From Nageia nagi (taxonomy: Eukaryota > Plantae > Pinophyta): a stretch of DNA of 64,000 nt. The translations under genes were made by a program, and so were the position numbers. Shown here one piece after another: positions 52,701 to 64,000 of the stretch. The stretch lies in assembly GCA_050084985.1 (NCBI GenBank), contig JBITNC010000001.1:171988001-172052000 (forward strand). Direction: 5' to 3'. Below the pieces are notes generated by a model. That model had not been told where the DNA came from and searched no databases. It was given only the letters and a program-made list of their open reading frames with translations. How positions within the stretch are numbered: the stretch's first letter is position 1; each line of letters starts with the position of its first letter.

Positions 52701-55700
52701 ATCATATCCAAAACTATAGATAACAGATTGAGGCTTCTGTTGAATAAAATATTATCCAAGGTAAAAGGGGACTTCATGAAAGACAGGCAAATATTGTATG
52801 GAGCAATTATCAATAATGAACTAATTCATTATGATGTATCTAAAAAGAAAGTGACAGGATTCTTAAATTAGACATGAACAAAGCCTATGACGAAGTAAGA
52901 TGGGACTTCTTACTGGTAGTAATAGAAAGATTTAGCTTTAATAAAATCTTAAACAATACGACTCTTAATTTCTTCAATGCAAAACACGGCCTGAAGCAAG
53001 GAGATCCACTATCATCTAACTCTTTATTATAATGGTTAAAGTCTTGGATAAATCTTAGCTTGAAAGCTAGCTGAAAACTAGAAGCCATTTCTAATCAACA
53101 ATTTGTGGATGATACATTCTTTTAGCAAAGTAAAAGCTATGATAGCCAAGATGATTAACCAAATTCTTAGTGAGTATGAAATTGTCATTGAACACAAAAT
53201 AAACAAAACAAAATCAATGACCTACTTCCTTACAACCTCCATAAGGGAAAAGTCCAATATATGCAAAATTCTTTGGATGAAGGACGTAAAGATGCCTTCA
53301 ACCTATCTTGTATGTAGGGTTCAAGGAAAGCTTCCAACCTGAAAAGACAAATGACTTACTTTAGCAAGAAGAACTCCACTCCTCAAGTCAAATTTGCAAG
53401 TAATACAGGTCTACTACCTTTCCCCCTTCACCATCTCAAAGTCTGTGGGAATTTTTCTAAACATAATAATGAGGACCTTGCTATGGTAAGAAAGGAATAG
53501 CATGGTGATTTAGGCTTTAGATCAGCATGGTGATTTAGGCTTTAGATCCTTTGGCAATATGAATAAGGCACTAATAGGCATGATCATTTGGAGAATGCAT
53601 AGTTAAGCAAATGTACTATAAGCGAAGATCTTATATTCCAAATTTGCAGATGTAACTCATTGGGTCCTAGGGATGCAGAACAAGATCAATAGAAATGTTG
53701 GGGGTTTGAACTCAAATTTATGAGGAAAGGTCGTGTTCCCATAAAAATTTTCTTGTAAAAATATATTACCTTAGTAACTAGTATGTATAATTGTTAGTAA
53801 TAATGCTTAGCCGAAAGCGTCCAGTGCAAGTTAACATCCACCAAGAAGCTATAGTGTTTGCCATAAAGGAAAAATGGTAAAGTCAAAATGTAGATATAGC
53901 ATTGTAAAAATTATTATTGTGCAATGCATAGTACAAGCATACTAAGGGGCCTCTATGTTGGTACTGTTTGGTAAAAGATGATAAAAACTAAAAAGTAAAT
54001 GTGAAACGATAAATAGTAAAAGTGAATAGGTAACAATGAATATTACCTGATGAATAGGACATGGCAAAAAGTAAATAGTAAATAGTAAATAGTAAAAGTA
54101 AATGTAACAATAAGTCATGGTAAGTGAAGGAAATATCTATTTGTAATATCTAGAAATTGTGTTATAGAAAAAAGGGATTATGTGGCATACGAAGACTTAA
54201 TTAGAAAATACTGGATTTTATAAAACTGATTAAGTACTAAAGAGATATTGACTTTTAAAAGTGGGGTTTCTAGAAAAAATGATGTGGCATAAACTCCATG
54301 TAGCATATCATGGATATTTCTAAGAAGTATCGTGGATACTTATAAAGGGTGAAGAAATAAAGTATTTAAAAATTCAAGATATTCCAAAATAGTAGAAAAA
54401 TCTAAATACCAACTTGAGCCTATAAATTGAGGTGTTGCGTGGGTATGTAAAACTAAGCTATCAAGTTCATAGTTGAGAACTTGAGTGCTGTAGTTTGAAG
54501 CGCTCAAAACATATTCCCTTAAGTACTAGTGTCATATTTGAATCTCATAACAGTGTTGAAGGGTTGTTCGAGTAAATAAGAGGTTATGCTATTGTTGTAT
54601 GAAGGCTCTCTGCTGGTCTAGTTTTGATAGTGGTTGTGTCGAATTGGTTGTTGAGTTGAACAAGTGGTGGTGCTCCTCATAGGATAACCAAGTCCATTGC
54701 TATCATAACAATGAGGGTTTCTTATATTGTGATATTGCTCTTTTTGTAATGAAAAATCTTCACTTGTATTGATAGTATTGTTGCATCATTATTGTTCCCT
54801 TGTAAAATTATTGTGTTGATCGTATAGTTTAATTTCTAATACCACTAATAAAGCGATTCATCAAGACAAAAAATCATCACAAGAAGGCCTAGTATTGTAA
54901 TTCTTCGTGTGCTAAAATGGTTGACAGTTGGAACTAGAGAGAAGATCTTGTTTTTTAAAGATACTTGGACTAGGGATAAACAATTACAAAGTGACCCAAT
55001 TCTTGCTCCATGGGTGAGAATTATGATGAACAAATTTGGAGAAAGGGTTGGATATTATGTCAAATTGGGGGCTTCTAGAACTGTAATTTGGTCAAATCAA
55101 ATTTTTGAAGAGATCTTGGACCCACAAGCAAGCGAACACTTGAAACGTAAGATATTTTTGCATTTTGTTCCAAATAAAGGGGGAAGATCAGTTGATTTGG
55201 GATAGATCCACTTCAAGAAAATACATTGTTGCTAGTTGTAATAAATAAATATCAACACAAAGAAATAGAAGATCAGTTGATTTGGGATAGATCCACTTCA
55301 AGAAAACACATTGTTGCTAGTTGTTATAAGTAAATATCAACACAAAGAAATGACTCCTCAGTTGAATAAGACTATATTTGGTTGATATGTCATAAAAAAA
55401 ATCACATTAAATTAAGCAATGGATAGATATTAGTCACAAGGGTAAGTTGATTATCCCCCTTACTATTCTAGCTTCTGTACAGGAACAAACAAGGGGCTTT
55501 TGACCTAGTTGGCAAATTCTTTGGATGGGCGGTTAGGAAATGGAAGCCCTAAAGTAGCCTGGATATTACTACTTTACCCAAAGGTTTTTTTCTGATTAAG
55601 TTAAATTCTCTAAAGGACATGCAATAGATCCTGTCTAGTGGACCATGGTTTTTTGGGAAGAGGGGTTTCTTCCTACGGAAATGGGGGCCCAATTTTAATC

Positions 55701-58700
55701 CGAATACCCAGAGGTTCAACATGGCACTTATGTTGATTAGGTTGCCACGGTTTCCAGTGCATTATTGACATGAGGATGTACTAATGGGGATTGCAAGCTC
55801 TGTAGGTACCCTGATTGCCCTTGATCCTGCTATCAAGAATCGCTCCAGGATGATATATGCTACGATAAGTGTCCAAGCAAACCTAGACCAACATCTTCCC
55901 AACTCTATTACCTTAGACTCTAACTTGGGTATGTGGGTGCTGGAGATTGAATATGAATTAAGGCCCAGAGCTTGCACGAATTGTGGTCTAAGCAACCATT
56001 CTACCAATTGTTGTGTGGAAGAGAAGTTACGGGAGGAGGGTAAGGAGCAATCTAAGGGTCAGCTTGTGAACCCGAAACCAGTGAATCATCAAGTTTTCAA
56101 GAAACAAGGGTTGTCAGAAGTGCTACAAAAGAAAGCCAATGAGAAGTTCCATTCTAGGTTCCAGAATATCGTGGGAGGGGTTGAAACAGCAACAAATGGA
56201 TCAATGGGTAGTGGTCCATATCAATGAGGAGGTACTAGAGACCTAACCCCTACCCCAAGTAGGCTCGACTCTAAAACTTGTAAAGGTGGATTTTCAAAGG
56301 GAGGGGACTATCCCTAAGATCGTCCCAAAAACATAGTAGGACAACCCACAAAACCAAATGGAGACAGAGGAGCTTTGTTCTCCTTTCAAGAGGAGAGCAA
56401 TCATCAAAGTTAGCTCGCCTCTAAGAAAAGGACCCCAGTATAGCGTAGAAGCTAGAGATCAAATAGCAAGGAATCCTCCAGTTTTGGAGAGGTAGAAAGA
56501 AGCAAATATGGAATCTTCAAAAGACCTTGGGCCTCCAAGTTTTGAGAAATGTCCAAAGAACCAAGATATAGGCTTAGGCTTGGAGACCATGTATGAGGTA
56601 AGTGATGAAGAGGTGGCGGCTCATGTAGCCACGATGGGGCAGTTGATGGGTATTAACCCAACTGCTCAAATGAGGAAAGCTATGATGGATCAAGCAAGAG
56701 TCAAACTATCTCAACAGGCGAAAGAGATGGTTGAGACGGAGCTGAAGAAGGCTTTGGAGGTTCCTAAACCTCCTCCGCCAAAACATTATTTCACCATTGA
56801 TCAATTGGTGAAGAAGGGCCTTACGATGGAAGAAGCTAGGAGCTGCCAAAGGTGGGATAAAAACCATCACCTGTTTTGGAAGAACAAATTTGAAGAAGTG
56901 GTCTTGAGAAATCAGGAGGTGGCAATCTCAACCAGAATCACTTGAAGCGCTAACAAAGGAGGAAGTGCAGGCCATGGAAGGTGTGGAGGTCGTTAAGTCC
57001 ATTTTGTTATTTTTCCTAAGTTTTGTTATTCATCTAGAATCCCTTATTCGATTAGGCCATTATGTGCCTTTGCTTGGTACTAGCTTTCTAATTTTGTTTG
57101 GAAAGGCTTAGTCTAGAATTCCAGTGGAGTACTCTTTTGGATCCCGAACTGATGTAGACCCGTCTTCTTTTGCTGTGGACTGATTGAAATTCTGATGACT
57201 GTACAAGGTAAGGAGTCCTTTTAAAAGTCATGTTTTGATCTTTAATATATATCAAAAAAAAATTGCAATCCAGCTCAAGGTGGATTTATTAATGTGATTG
57301 CCTATGAATTTATAACACATATGGGGCATTATATGTCAAACATAACAGATAGTAATCAACACTGTAATCGGCAGTTAGTCCAGTGGCTCACAACAGCGCA
57401 CATGAATCTGAAACGAATTGTTTAGCGTGCATGTCAGACAAAGCATTTATCCAATCAACAGGCACTTGAATATTTTCTTGTTAGATTCGTTGAATATTAT
57501 TTTTCAATATACACAAAAGCTTACTTTATCAACCATTGAACACTGTAAGTTAATATTGGATCACATAGCGCTTGCATTTATAACAGAAGTGCAGCAAGTT
57601 AATTGAGCTTTTAAGGGTCAGGGCCCTGACAATAACCATTGACAATATGTCACATATTTCCTCAGGCAATAACTATTGACAGTTAGTCACATATTTCCCG
57701 ACAATAACTATTGACAGTAGGTCACATATTTCCCTTGACCAATGATTTACAGATTCAAGTGATTGGCAACTGTTTACCTACATTCGTAATGTCAAGGCTT
57801 CTTAAAATCAATATTTATGACGTTCCTACAATGCATTGTTGTAAATAAACTATGCTTTTCATACAAAAAGTCAATCAAAAAATAGTGTAACTTCGGAATA
57901 ACTGCCACACTCAGTGACATGCTTCGAACATTTCAAGGAAACCTGTGGCTGTAGAACATCTATGACAGTCCCCCTTATGAAAATAAAATGTGGGAGAATC
58001 ATATATCTATTGCGCAAAAGAATACTTCAAGTCATGACAAGAATATCAAGCTGGTAAAACACACAAAATCTAAAAGTTTCAAGAGAATCACAAAGATATA
58101 ATGAATTTCTTCATCTTGAGAAAAAGCATAAATAACATGCATGTAATGACACTATCAAATTTTTCTGCATCTAGGAAAGTATAGCCCTTTCCAACTTATA
58201 TAAATAATAAAATATGCACATATATTCTAACAACAACCATATTTGCATCTAACTTTTCATAACTCTTCCTATAACATGAAAAGAGTTGAGAAACTACTAC
58301 CTCTTGAAATTCTTCAAAAGAAAATATTTTTGCCTCGTCACATCGAGTGACAGCTTCCTGGTATTTTACAGCTAACATAGGATGGTGGTGCCTGTTGAGC
58401 TTGCCACGTTAGCTCTAAAAGCAACAAACATGTATATCACACAAAAGTAATATTAAAATCGATGTACCTGATACACATTCATTGATGGTTCAAGCTAATT
58501 CTCTGTGGTAATAACATTAAGGATAATTCAGAGTGGAGTTTTACCTGACATCATCAAGTGGTTTCCCTCCCTTAATGGTATAGCTCTGACATGGTAAAAG
58601 TGATGCCAGAGTAGGACTTATTTCTTCCAAGTTAATTAGAAGTGAAGAATCATCAGTCTTGTCAGAAGAAACTGACCCGTAGCTCAATACTAAAGAAACA

Positions 58701-61068
58701 TACAAACGGCTGGCAGCTACAGAGCCAGGCTGAATAATTTCCATTATTCTCCCAACCAATGCATTGATCCATTCAAGGGCAATGGCCAGATCTGCATTAA
58801 CATTGCCGTTCCCAGCTTCCCTTGTTTTCAGGCTTGACCCTATATGTAGAAAAACAAGGTCAAACTTACTAGTCTGAACTGCTGCTCCTTCTTGTAACCC
58901 GAGCATATGCAACAGTTCAGATGCCGCTGAAAAAGGATCTGGAGGTTCTTCCGACTCGTCTGAGATACCACTTTTGTTGCAGAGTTCATGCAAATCCGTG
59001 ATAAAAAAACCCGTTTTTTTACCAAATGCATTTGCAATACCAGAATTTGTCACCATTGCAGATTTCATTCCCATGAACCTGAAATTCAGTGAAGAGTATT
59101 TATCAACTCAAAAATTACTGTTTTGGCAGTACAGTATACTGGAGATTCTAGACAGCACATTAAAACTAAACATAAATACCTCTCTTCTATTGAAGGAATA
59201 ATTACATGTCCTTTACTGTCCCCACTAGCATGTCCATTACAGTCCCCACTAACATGTCCAACGGTGTTTGACAAGTTTTGAGTTAAGTTTTCTTTCTGTG
59301 TATACAAAACAGGTATAGAAATTTACTCAATGCACACATGAATAGAAAAATTAATAAACAAGACCATATCCATGCAGATAAAAGAATTTAGGTTAAAAAG
59401 GCTGAAATGTACAGAGGACGATTTGTCTTACATAACAGAGGTCATGTACATCTACTAGTTGAGCTAACTCTCTGATCAGTCTCTCATCCTCACTCACTGC
59501 AACACGCATAATCAAAAAAAGTGGGACCAGTCACATTAAGAAATTGCTCGTGAAGTGCCTTCATCAGAACCATGCTCAATTACAATGCTCATTACGCCGT
59601 AGCAAATGTTAAAACAACACTGAAAAATTCAGCTGAATAGTTCACAGATTTACCTTGAGCCTACAGGAAAGAAACAAAGAATTACCAGAGGAATTTAGTT
59701 TTGCACCCAATAGAATGCAAACATCCACAGCATAGTGTATAAGTTTTGATTTTTAACAGGATCAGGACAACGGTGAATCAGATTAAGAAGGCAATGATAT
59801 TCACATATGTAAACGAATCATAAAGCAAAGTCCAAATTACTTCTCCAAGTATGATCTCATATGGTGAAGGACTTCTTTAATATCTCCCAGTGTCTGACCG
59901 GGTAATGAAACAAAAAGCACTTGCTCCAATTCAATCGAGATTCAAATGGGAAGATACGCATAAAAACTAGGTTTGCAATTAAAGTTTAGTTCATTTTTTG
60001 TAAGAGAGACACAAAATGTGTTGGAAACTGAATCCATGGTCTAGAACAAACTTACAACCCAAATGGACAGGTGGGTAGAGCACTTGTGTTGGTCAATCAT
60101 TTTGTCATGGGTTCAAGTCCTAGCTCGTTGATGGTTTATAAAGAAATATAGGCCCCAGAAAAGGAAAAAAAAGGATCAGGAAGACCCCTTTGGCATGGCA
60201 ATTTAAATCAATCTACAAATGTATTCTGTCAAAACATATGGCATTGAATACAGTGTGAAGTTAAGCAGGCTTTCAACCAAACCAAACCATGACTTGCCCC
60301 TTCCTGCACCCACCCCCCACCATTTTATAAAAAAACATGAAATGTGGTTGTGGGTCTGTCATTGAGGACGAAAATATCCCAAATACTTGCGACCTGAAAT
60401 CTTTTATTAAGAGTTTTCAATCATTTACATCAAAACTACATCATCATTTCGCCCTTTCAATTCTTTATAAAACACAAAAATGATAAAGGATCCCAGTGTA
60501 GATGTTTCTTTAAGGACAGGATTATTCCAAAACACTGTAATCCAAAAAACATACCATCTACCATGGATGTTTTATTGAAGCAAAGGCAACCTAGCCTATG
60601 CATGAGCAAAATGAACAAAAATAAAAGAAACTACTACTCATGGTCTGCACAAAATACAAAATGATACAATCATATAGCTAGTCCAAACCAGCTGGTAATA
60701 TCAAAACAACCTCAATTGGGCATGCTAGTTTTACTCTCAGGTTTACGCCCTAAGGCTCAGAAAACCATGACAGTTTAAGCCCCCCCCAAAAAAAAAATAC
60801 ACGACAGACTAAATAAAAAGAATCGATCAAACCAACAATTTCATCTTACACCCAAATTTTTGACTCTACTATAATTTCCCAGTTTTATTAAATGACGTGA
60901 GCTGAATTCAGAGATTGGAAAGATACGTTGAGGGGGGAGATCTCTAAGTGCCAAGAACCCACAACAGCCTCTGGACGCAAGAACATGAAGATGGGTGTGA
61001 GAAGAACCCAATGCCGGCATAACTCCATCTCCGTAGATGATCAGAGCACGAGCAGGCTTGTCCGCCAT
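31634..61068 (-). CDS. At5g11810-like conserved plant protein, 6 exons, 344 aa: complement(join(31634..31720,58301..58391,58545..59078,59180..59295,59432..59496,60927..61068))
   Basis: All five introns are GT-AG with matching phases; exon total is 1035 nt (345 codons) with no internal stop. [15 protein letters not shown]..., [25 protein letters not shown] and C-terminal [17 protein letters not shown] match my recollection of this family. Confidence 0.9.
31725..32340. repeat. Diverged tandem triplication (about 190-250 bp units) next to the 3' splice site
   Basis: Three copies of caagggagtacaaa(t/c)tgaaag...aaatcaccaatgaaaaagc..., starting near 31728, 31975 and 32164. Confidence 0.85.
33300..35030 (-). 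mobile_element. L1 5' UTR and ORF1 (DUF4283-like), 3'-truncated
   Basis: ORF 34216-34473 IGKLHG...[14 protein letters not shown]; [11 protein letters not shown]; decayed knuckle [14 protein letters not shown]. No ORF2 body follows. Confidence 0.85.
35250..36020. repeat. Diverged tandem duplication of about 390 bp
   Basis: tgtaatagttgagagatcaaatacattatttg...aaagctgc.agaaattcaa occurs near 35448 and 35837. Confidence 0.75.
37058..37539 (+). repeat. 5' LTR (482 bp)
   Basis: TGTTAGAA...TCCTTCA with TATA box CTATAAATAG near 37279; differs from the 3' LTR by 3 transitions and 1 indel by eye. Confidence 0.97.
37542..37553 (+). promoter_or_regulatory. Primer-binding site for tRNA-iMet
   Basis: TGGTATCAGAGC 2 nt after the 5' LTR. 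Confidence 0.97.
37553..37615 (+). repeat. Perfect 3 x 21-bp tandem repeat after the PBS
   Basis: (cttggtgtggaagctcttctt)x3. Confidence 0.95.
38295..38765 (+). pseudogene. Captured PLS-class (S/SS motif) PPR gene fragment inside the copia leader
   Basis: Translates as [89 protein letters not shown]; internal deletions and frameshifts. Confidence 0.9.
40309..44225 (+). CDS. Copia Gag-Pol polyprotein with one frameshift at about 43765-43768
   Basis: Gag knuckle [14 protein letters not shown], protease WIVDSG, GAG-pre-integrase LWHQRLGH, integrase D-D-E ([19 protein letters not shown]), RT YVDD, RNase H (STTEAEY, SDNQSAI, RTKHVEI). Restoring one G gives [12 protein letters not shown]. The ORF track starts at 40237; ATG 40309 is the likelier start. 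Confidence 0.95.
44281..44663 (+). repeat. Array of seven 46-nt hairpin-forming repeats in the copia 3' UTR
   Basis: Unit tatacctccgtggtaagtttgctctgcgtga(g/c)aaacttgttgtaca at 44281, 44354, 44403, 44453, 44502, 44569 and 44618; spacers of 27, 3, 4, 3, 21 and 3 nt. Confidence 0.95.
45138..45146 (+). promoter_or_regulatory. Polypurine tract
   Basis: AAGGGGGAG directly before the 3' LTR; an identical tract lies at 44207-44215. Confidence 0.95.
45147..45629 (+). repeat. 3' LTR (483 bp)
   Basis: Near-identical to 37058-37539; followed by TSD CTAAC. Confidence 0.97.
53696..54850 (+). mobile_element. Probable old solo LTR
   Basis: Non-coding 1.15-kb insert in L1 ORF2, starts TGTTGGGG, has CCTATAAAT near 54419 and a T-rich U5-like end; 3' end and TSD not resolved. 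Confidence 0.5.
55183..55352. repeat. 85-bp tandem duplication
   Basis: gaagatcagttgatttgggatagatccacttcaagaaaa...aatatcaacacaaagaaat occurs twice (55183, 55268). Confidence 0.9.
55450..57262 (+). mobile_element. ORF1-only L1-like element with poly(A)
   Basis: DUF4283-like LPKGFF and [15 protein letters not shown], knuckle [15 protein letters not shown]-terminal ORF 56508-56945, about 310 nt of UTR, A9 at 57254-57262. No EN or RT motifs. Confidence 0.75.
57628..57735. repeat. Three copies of an approximately 35-bp intronic tandem repeat
   Basis: caataactattgacag..gtcacatatttcc x3. Confidence 0.85.
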
Positions 61069-61699
61069 TGCTTCTGCTTCAATGTTTCTTCAAAAGCAAG
61101 GAATTTAAATGCACAGTGCGCTGATCAATTGGATTATGCGACAGGGATCTTTCAAATTCTTAAATGGGATTGGGGAGCCAGTTTTCATAGGAGACGCGGA
61201 AATTTGACGCGTTCCCAAATAGAATGTATTCTCATCTATATAAAAATATAAGATTTTTTTTATAATTATTTGAAGAATTGATCTTAAATTTTATATAAAA
61301 TATAGACGTTTGGGTTTTTTAATGTTAATATAGATGTTTAGAATGTTGAATTTTTAGGGTTCTTCAAACATGGTTTGCAATTATGTTAGAGAGTGTAAGT
61401 CATTTTTCAAGAAGAGAAGGATACGTAAATATTAATGATTTTAAAATGTTATTTTTCTATAAAATAATACTAATTTTGATATACTTCTTTGTATATAAAT
61501 ATCACTCTTATTTTATTTTTTAAATATATATACATATATTTATATTTGAATTCAACTTTTTTTTAAATGAAGTTAATTCAATTTTTTAAAATATTGAAAC
61601 CTTAAGAGATGGATTCACACATGACATTTTGGTTCTCCACTCCATCGCGTTGCAATTATAAGATCGCCTCTCGGTGTTAATTAAGCAAGATAACAAGTT

Positions 61700-63577
61700 A
61701 TAATAAATGTATGTCAATATCACAAGAAGATATATATAAATCGATTACAAAGGTATGAGCATTTAATTATCTCACCAAAACAAGATGATTTTGTCCAATG
61801 ATGAAAGATCATAGATGGCATTACAACTATGCATGAAACTAAATTTTGATATGGAGAAAGCTCATGATTGAGTTAATTGGACCTTTTTAGATCAAATTCT
61901 CTACAAAATGAGCTTTGGAAATAGATGGAGATAGTGGATCAATATGGGCATTATAATTTGTTTCTTTTTTATCTTAATTAATGAAGAAGTAGCAAGATTC
62001 TTCAATGTTAAGAGAGGGCTTAAACAAGGTGACCTAATTTTACCTTATTTATCTATAATAATGGCATAAGCTTTGAGAATAATAGTTGGGATGATGAAAA
62101 GGAAATAGAAAATTAAAATAATTATACTAACCAAAAAATGTGATATATCAAACCATCATTAGCTTGTGGATGATACGATTTTAATTGGTAAAGCTTCTAC
62201 CTTATAAGCTAAATAATTTATGGAGGTGTTACAACTCTATGAAAGAGCATCTCATCAAAAAGTAAACTTCCAAAAAACTAAAATTTTCTTCTTCCATACT
62301 CTTAGAAAAAGATAGCCAAAAAAAAATTAAGTGCCCAATCAGTGAACTCCCATTGATCTATCTTGGGATGTCATTATTTATAGGTGGAGTTAAATAAAAT
62401 TTCTAAGATGGAGTTATACAACCAATTTTCTTGAAAATTGATGTGTTGGAAGGAAGTGACATTAAGTTAGGCTAGAAAATTTTTATTAATCAACAATACT
62501 CTTCAAAGTATTCCAATTTTCAGTCTCTCATGTTCGAAATGCTAATAATTGTTACAAACCAAATTGACATTATTTGTAGAATATTCCTTTGGTTTGGAAT
62601 GACTAAAAAATAAAGATGGTCTTTGGTAGCTTAGGACAAGGTTTATAAAAGAAAAGACCATGTAGGCTAGGCCTAAGAAAAAATGAAGATTAAAAATAAA
62701 GCCATAAGAGAAAAATAAGCCTAGAGACTTTGTGATGATTCAAAAGGTGAATGGATAATTATATGTAAGGTCAAATATTTAGAATAAACAATCTCCTTCA
62801 TTTAAATTAATAATCCTCACACAAGATCAATTTTCTACAATGGCTTGATTTCAATCAAAGATATCCTAGTTAAGGGAAAAAAACACTTAAAATTATGATG
62901 GTATCAAAAATAGATGCAATACGGAACATCAAGGTATAAGAGTAGCAGATTATATTTGAAGCATAAATGGAAGAAAAGAATGGATGATCCCTAATGCATT
63001 GAATAAAAAGTTTGACTATCAACTCCAATTGATTAGATAGGAACTATCTAATAGAAGAATCAGACAAAAAAAAGAAGATGATCCCTATAATAGAAGTTGA
63101 CTAAAGATGGAATCCACCTAAAAAGAAGAGGTTTTTAATTGGCTAATAAATGCACCTTTTGTTATCAAATGGAAGAATCCATTGATCAAATCCTTATACA
63201 ATGTATTTTTCTCTATTAAATTTAGTCTAAAATCTTAAAATATTTTTAAAATTGAGTGGATTATGCCTAAATCTATAACTTTGTTAATGGTTCAGTGGAT
63301 CCCAATTTCTAAGATTAAGTTTATTCAAGAGTTATGATCATTACTTTTGCATGTTGGTTGGATAATATGAAAATAAAGAAACAAAAGGATATTTGAAAAT
63401 TGAAACAATAGTGAAGCATATATTATTTTAAAAAAAAAAAGTCTACTTTTTTGAAAACTATACTATGGGAAAAATGAAAAATACAATAACTAAGAACAAA
63501 TTGATGGAAGGAGCAATCAAAATTCTTGAATATGAATGGTGATAAAACCCACATGGTTTCACATAACCATAAGCATT
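61700..63577 (+). mobile_element. Decayed L1 ORF2 (RT to C-terminus)
   Basis: DMEKAHD*VNW, RGLKQGDL, LVDDT, YLGM, LQSIP, EESIDQIL motifs. Confidence 0.85.
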
Positions 63578-64000
63578 TGAAGGAATTAGAACTACACTAA
63601 TCCTCAAGGTCCAAGACTATAGGAAACTATCATTCAACATCTACAAGCTAATAACACCATTCACACAAGATAACACAAATATAATGTGGTTCCTCCCTCC
63701 TTGGGAGTACATCCACAACTAGATCTCAATTCTCAATTATGCACCCTCTTACTACAATTCCTTTCTCTCCTACACAAACTAGTAGAGTAATCTTACTCCA
63801 AAAACTTAGTTATGTTACAAGAGGAGAGGCCCTCTATTTATAGCATGAGAGCACCTCCCTAACCTCCCTTTAACCCAAGGGTAAGGTTAGGGTTACAATA
63901 AATGTATTACCTAACTTTAACCTACCAACTAACCACATGGTAAGGTCAAAGTCTACATAATAAAGAATTCAATTAATCCCTTAAGGTATCTAAATATCCT
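63578..64000 (-). mobile_element. LTR of the same copia family, inverted and cut by the window end (3' LTR or solo LTR)
   Basis: Reverse complement of the 37058 LTR with more substitutions; ends TCCTTCA at 63578 and is not followed by a PBS. Confidence 0.93.

Larger units (their letters stand above)
49800..55400 (+). mobile_element. Decayed L1 (ORF1 and ORF2), interrupted by a probable solo LTR
   Basis: ORF1 [31 protein letters not shown]; ORF2 [42 protein letters not shown]; C-terminal part resumes at about 54850 (FFKDTW). Confidence 0.85.

Noticed and set aside
58196-58300. Read-through of exon 5 as the true C-terminus of the host gene
   Set aside because: It lacks the conserved KAPKYGA end, which is found in phase at 31634-31720.

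Overview
AT-rich, CpG-depleted land-plant nuclear DNA; the giant intron, TE types and SS-type PPR motifs suggest a large-genome non-model plant such as a gymnosperm or fern (inference). One intact host gene is present: a six-exon, 344-aa At5g11810-like conserved plant protein on the minus strand (ATG 61068, stop 31634). Its last intron is 26,580 bp (31721-58300) and is filled with nested retroelements. The youngest is a full-length Ty1/copia element (37058-45629; CTAAC TSD, LTRs differing by 3 substitutions and 1 indel, tRNA-iMet PBS) inserted between ORF1 and ORF2 of an L1 LINE. This copia carries unusual non-coding cargo: a scrambled PPR-gene fragment in a 2.7-kb, possibly spliced leader; a 7-unit array of 46-nt hairpins with compensatory base changes in its 3' UTR; and two PPT/LTR-start junctions. 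The rest of the window is decayed L1 and other LINEs, CACTA and gypsy remnants. These include two ORF1-only LINEs, an L1 with a GW/WG-rich ORF2 tail, and an L1 followed by a third ORF. Boundaries of decayed elements are approximate.
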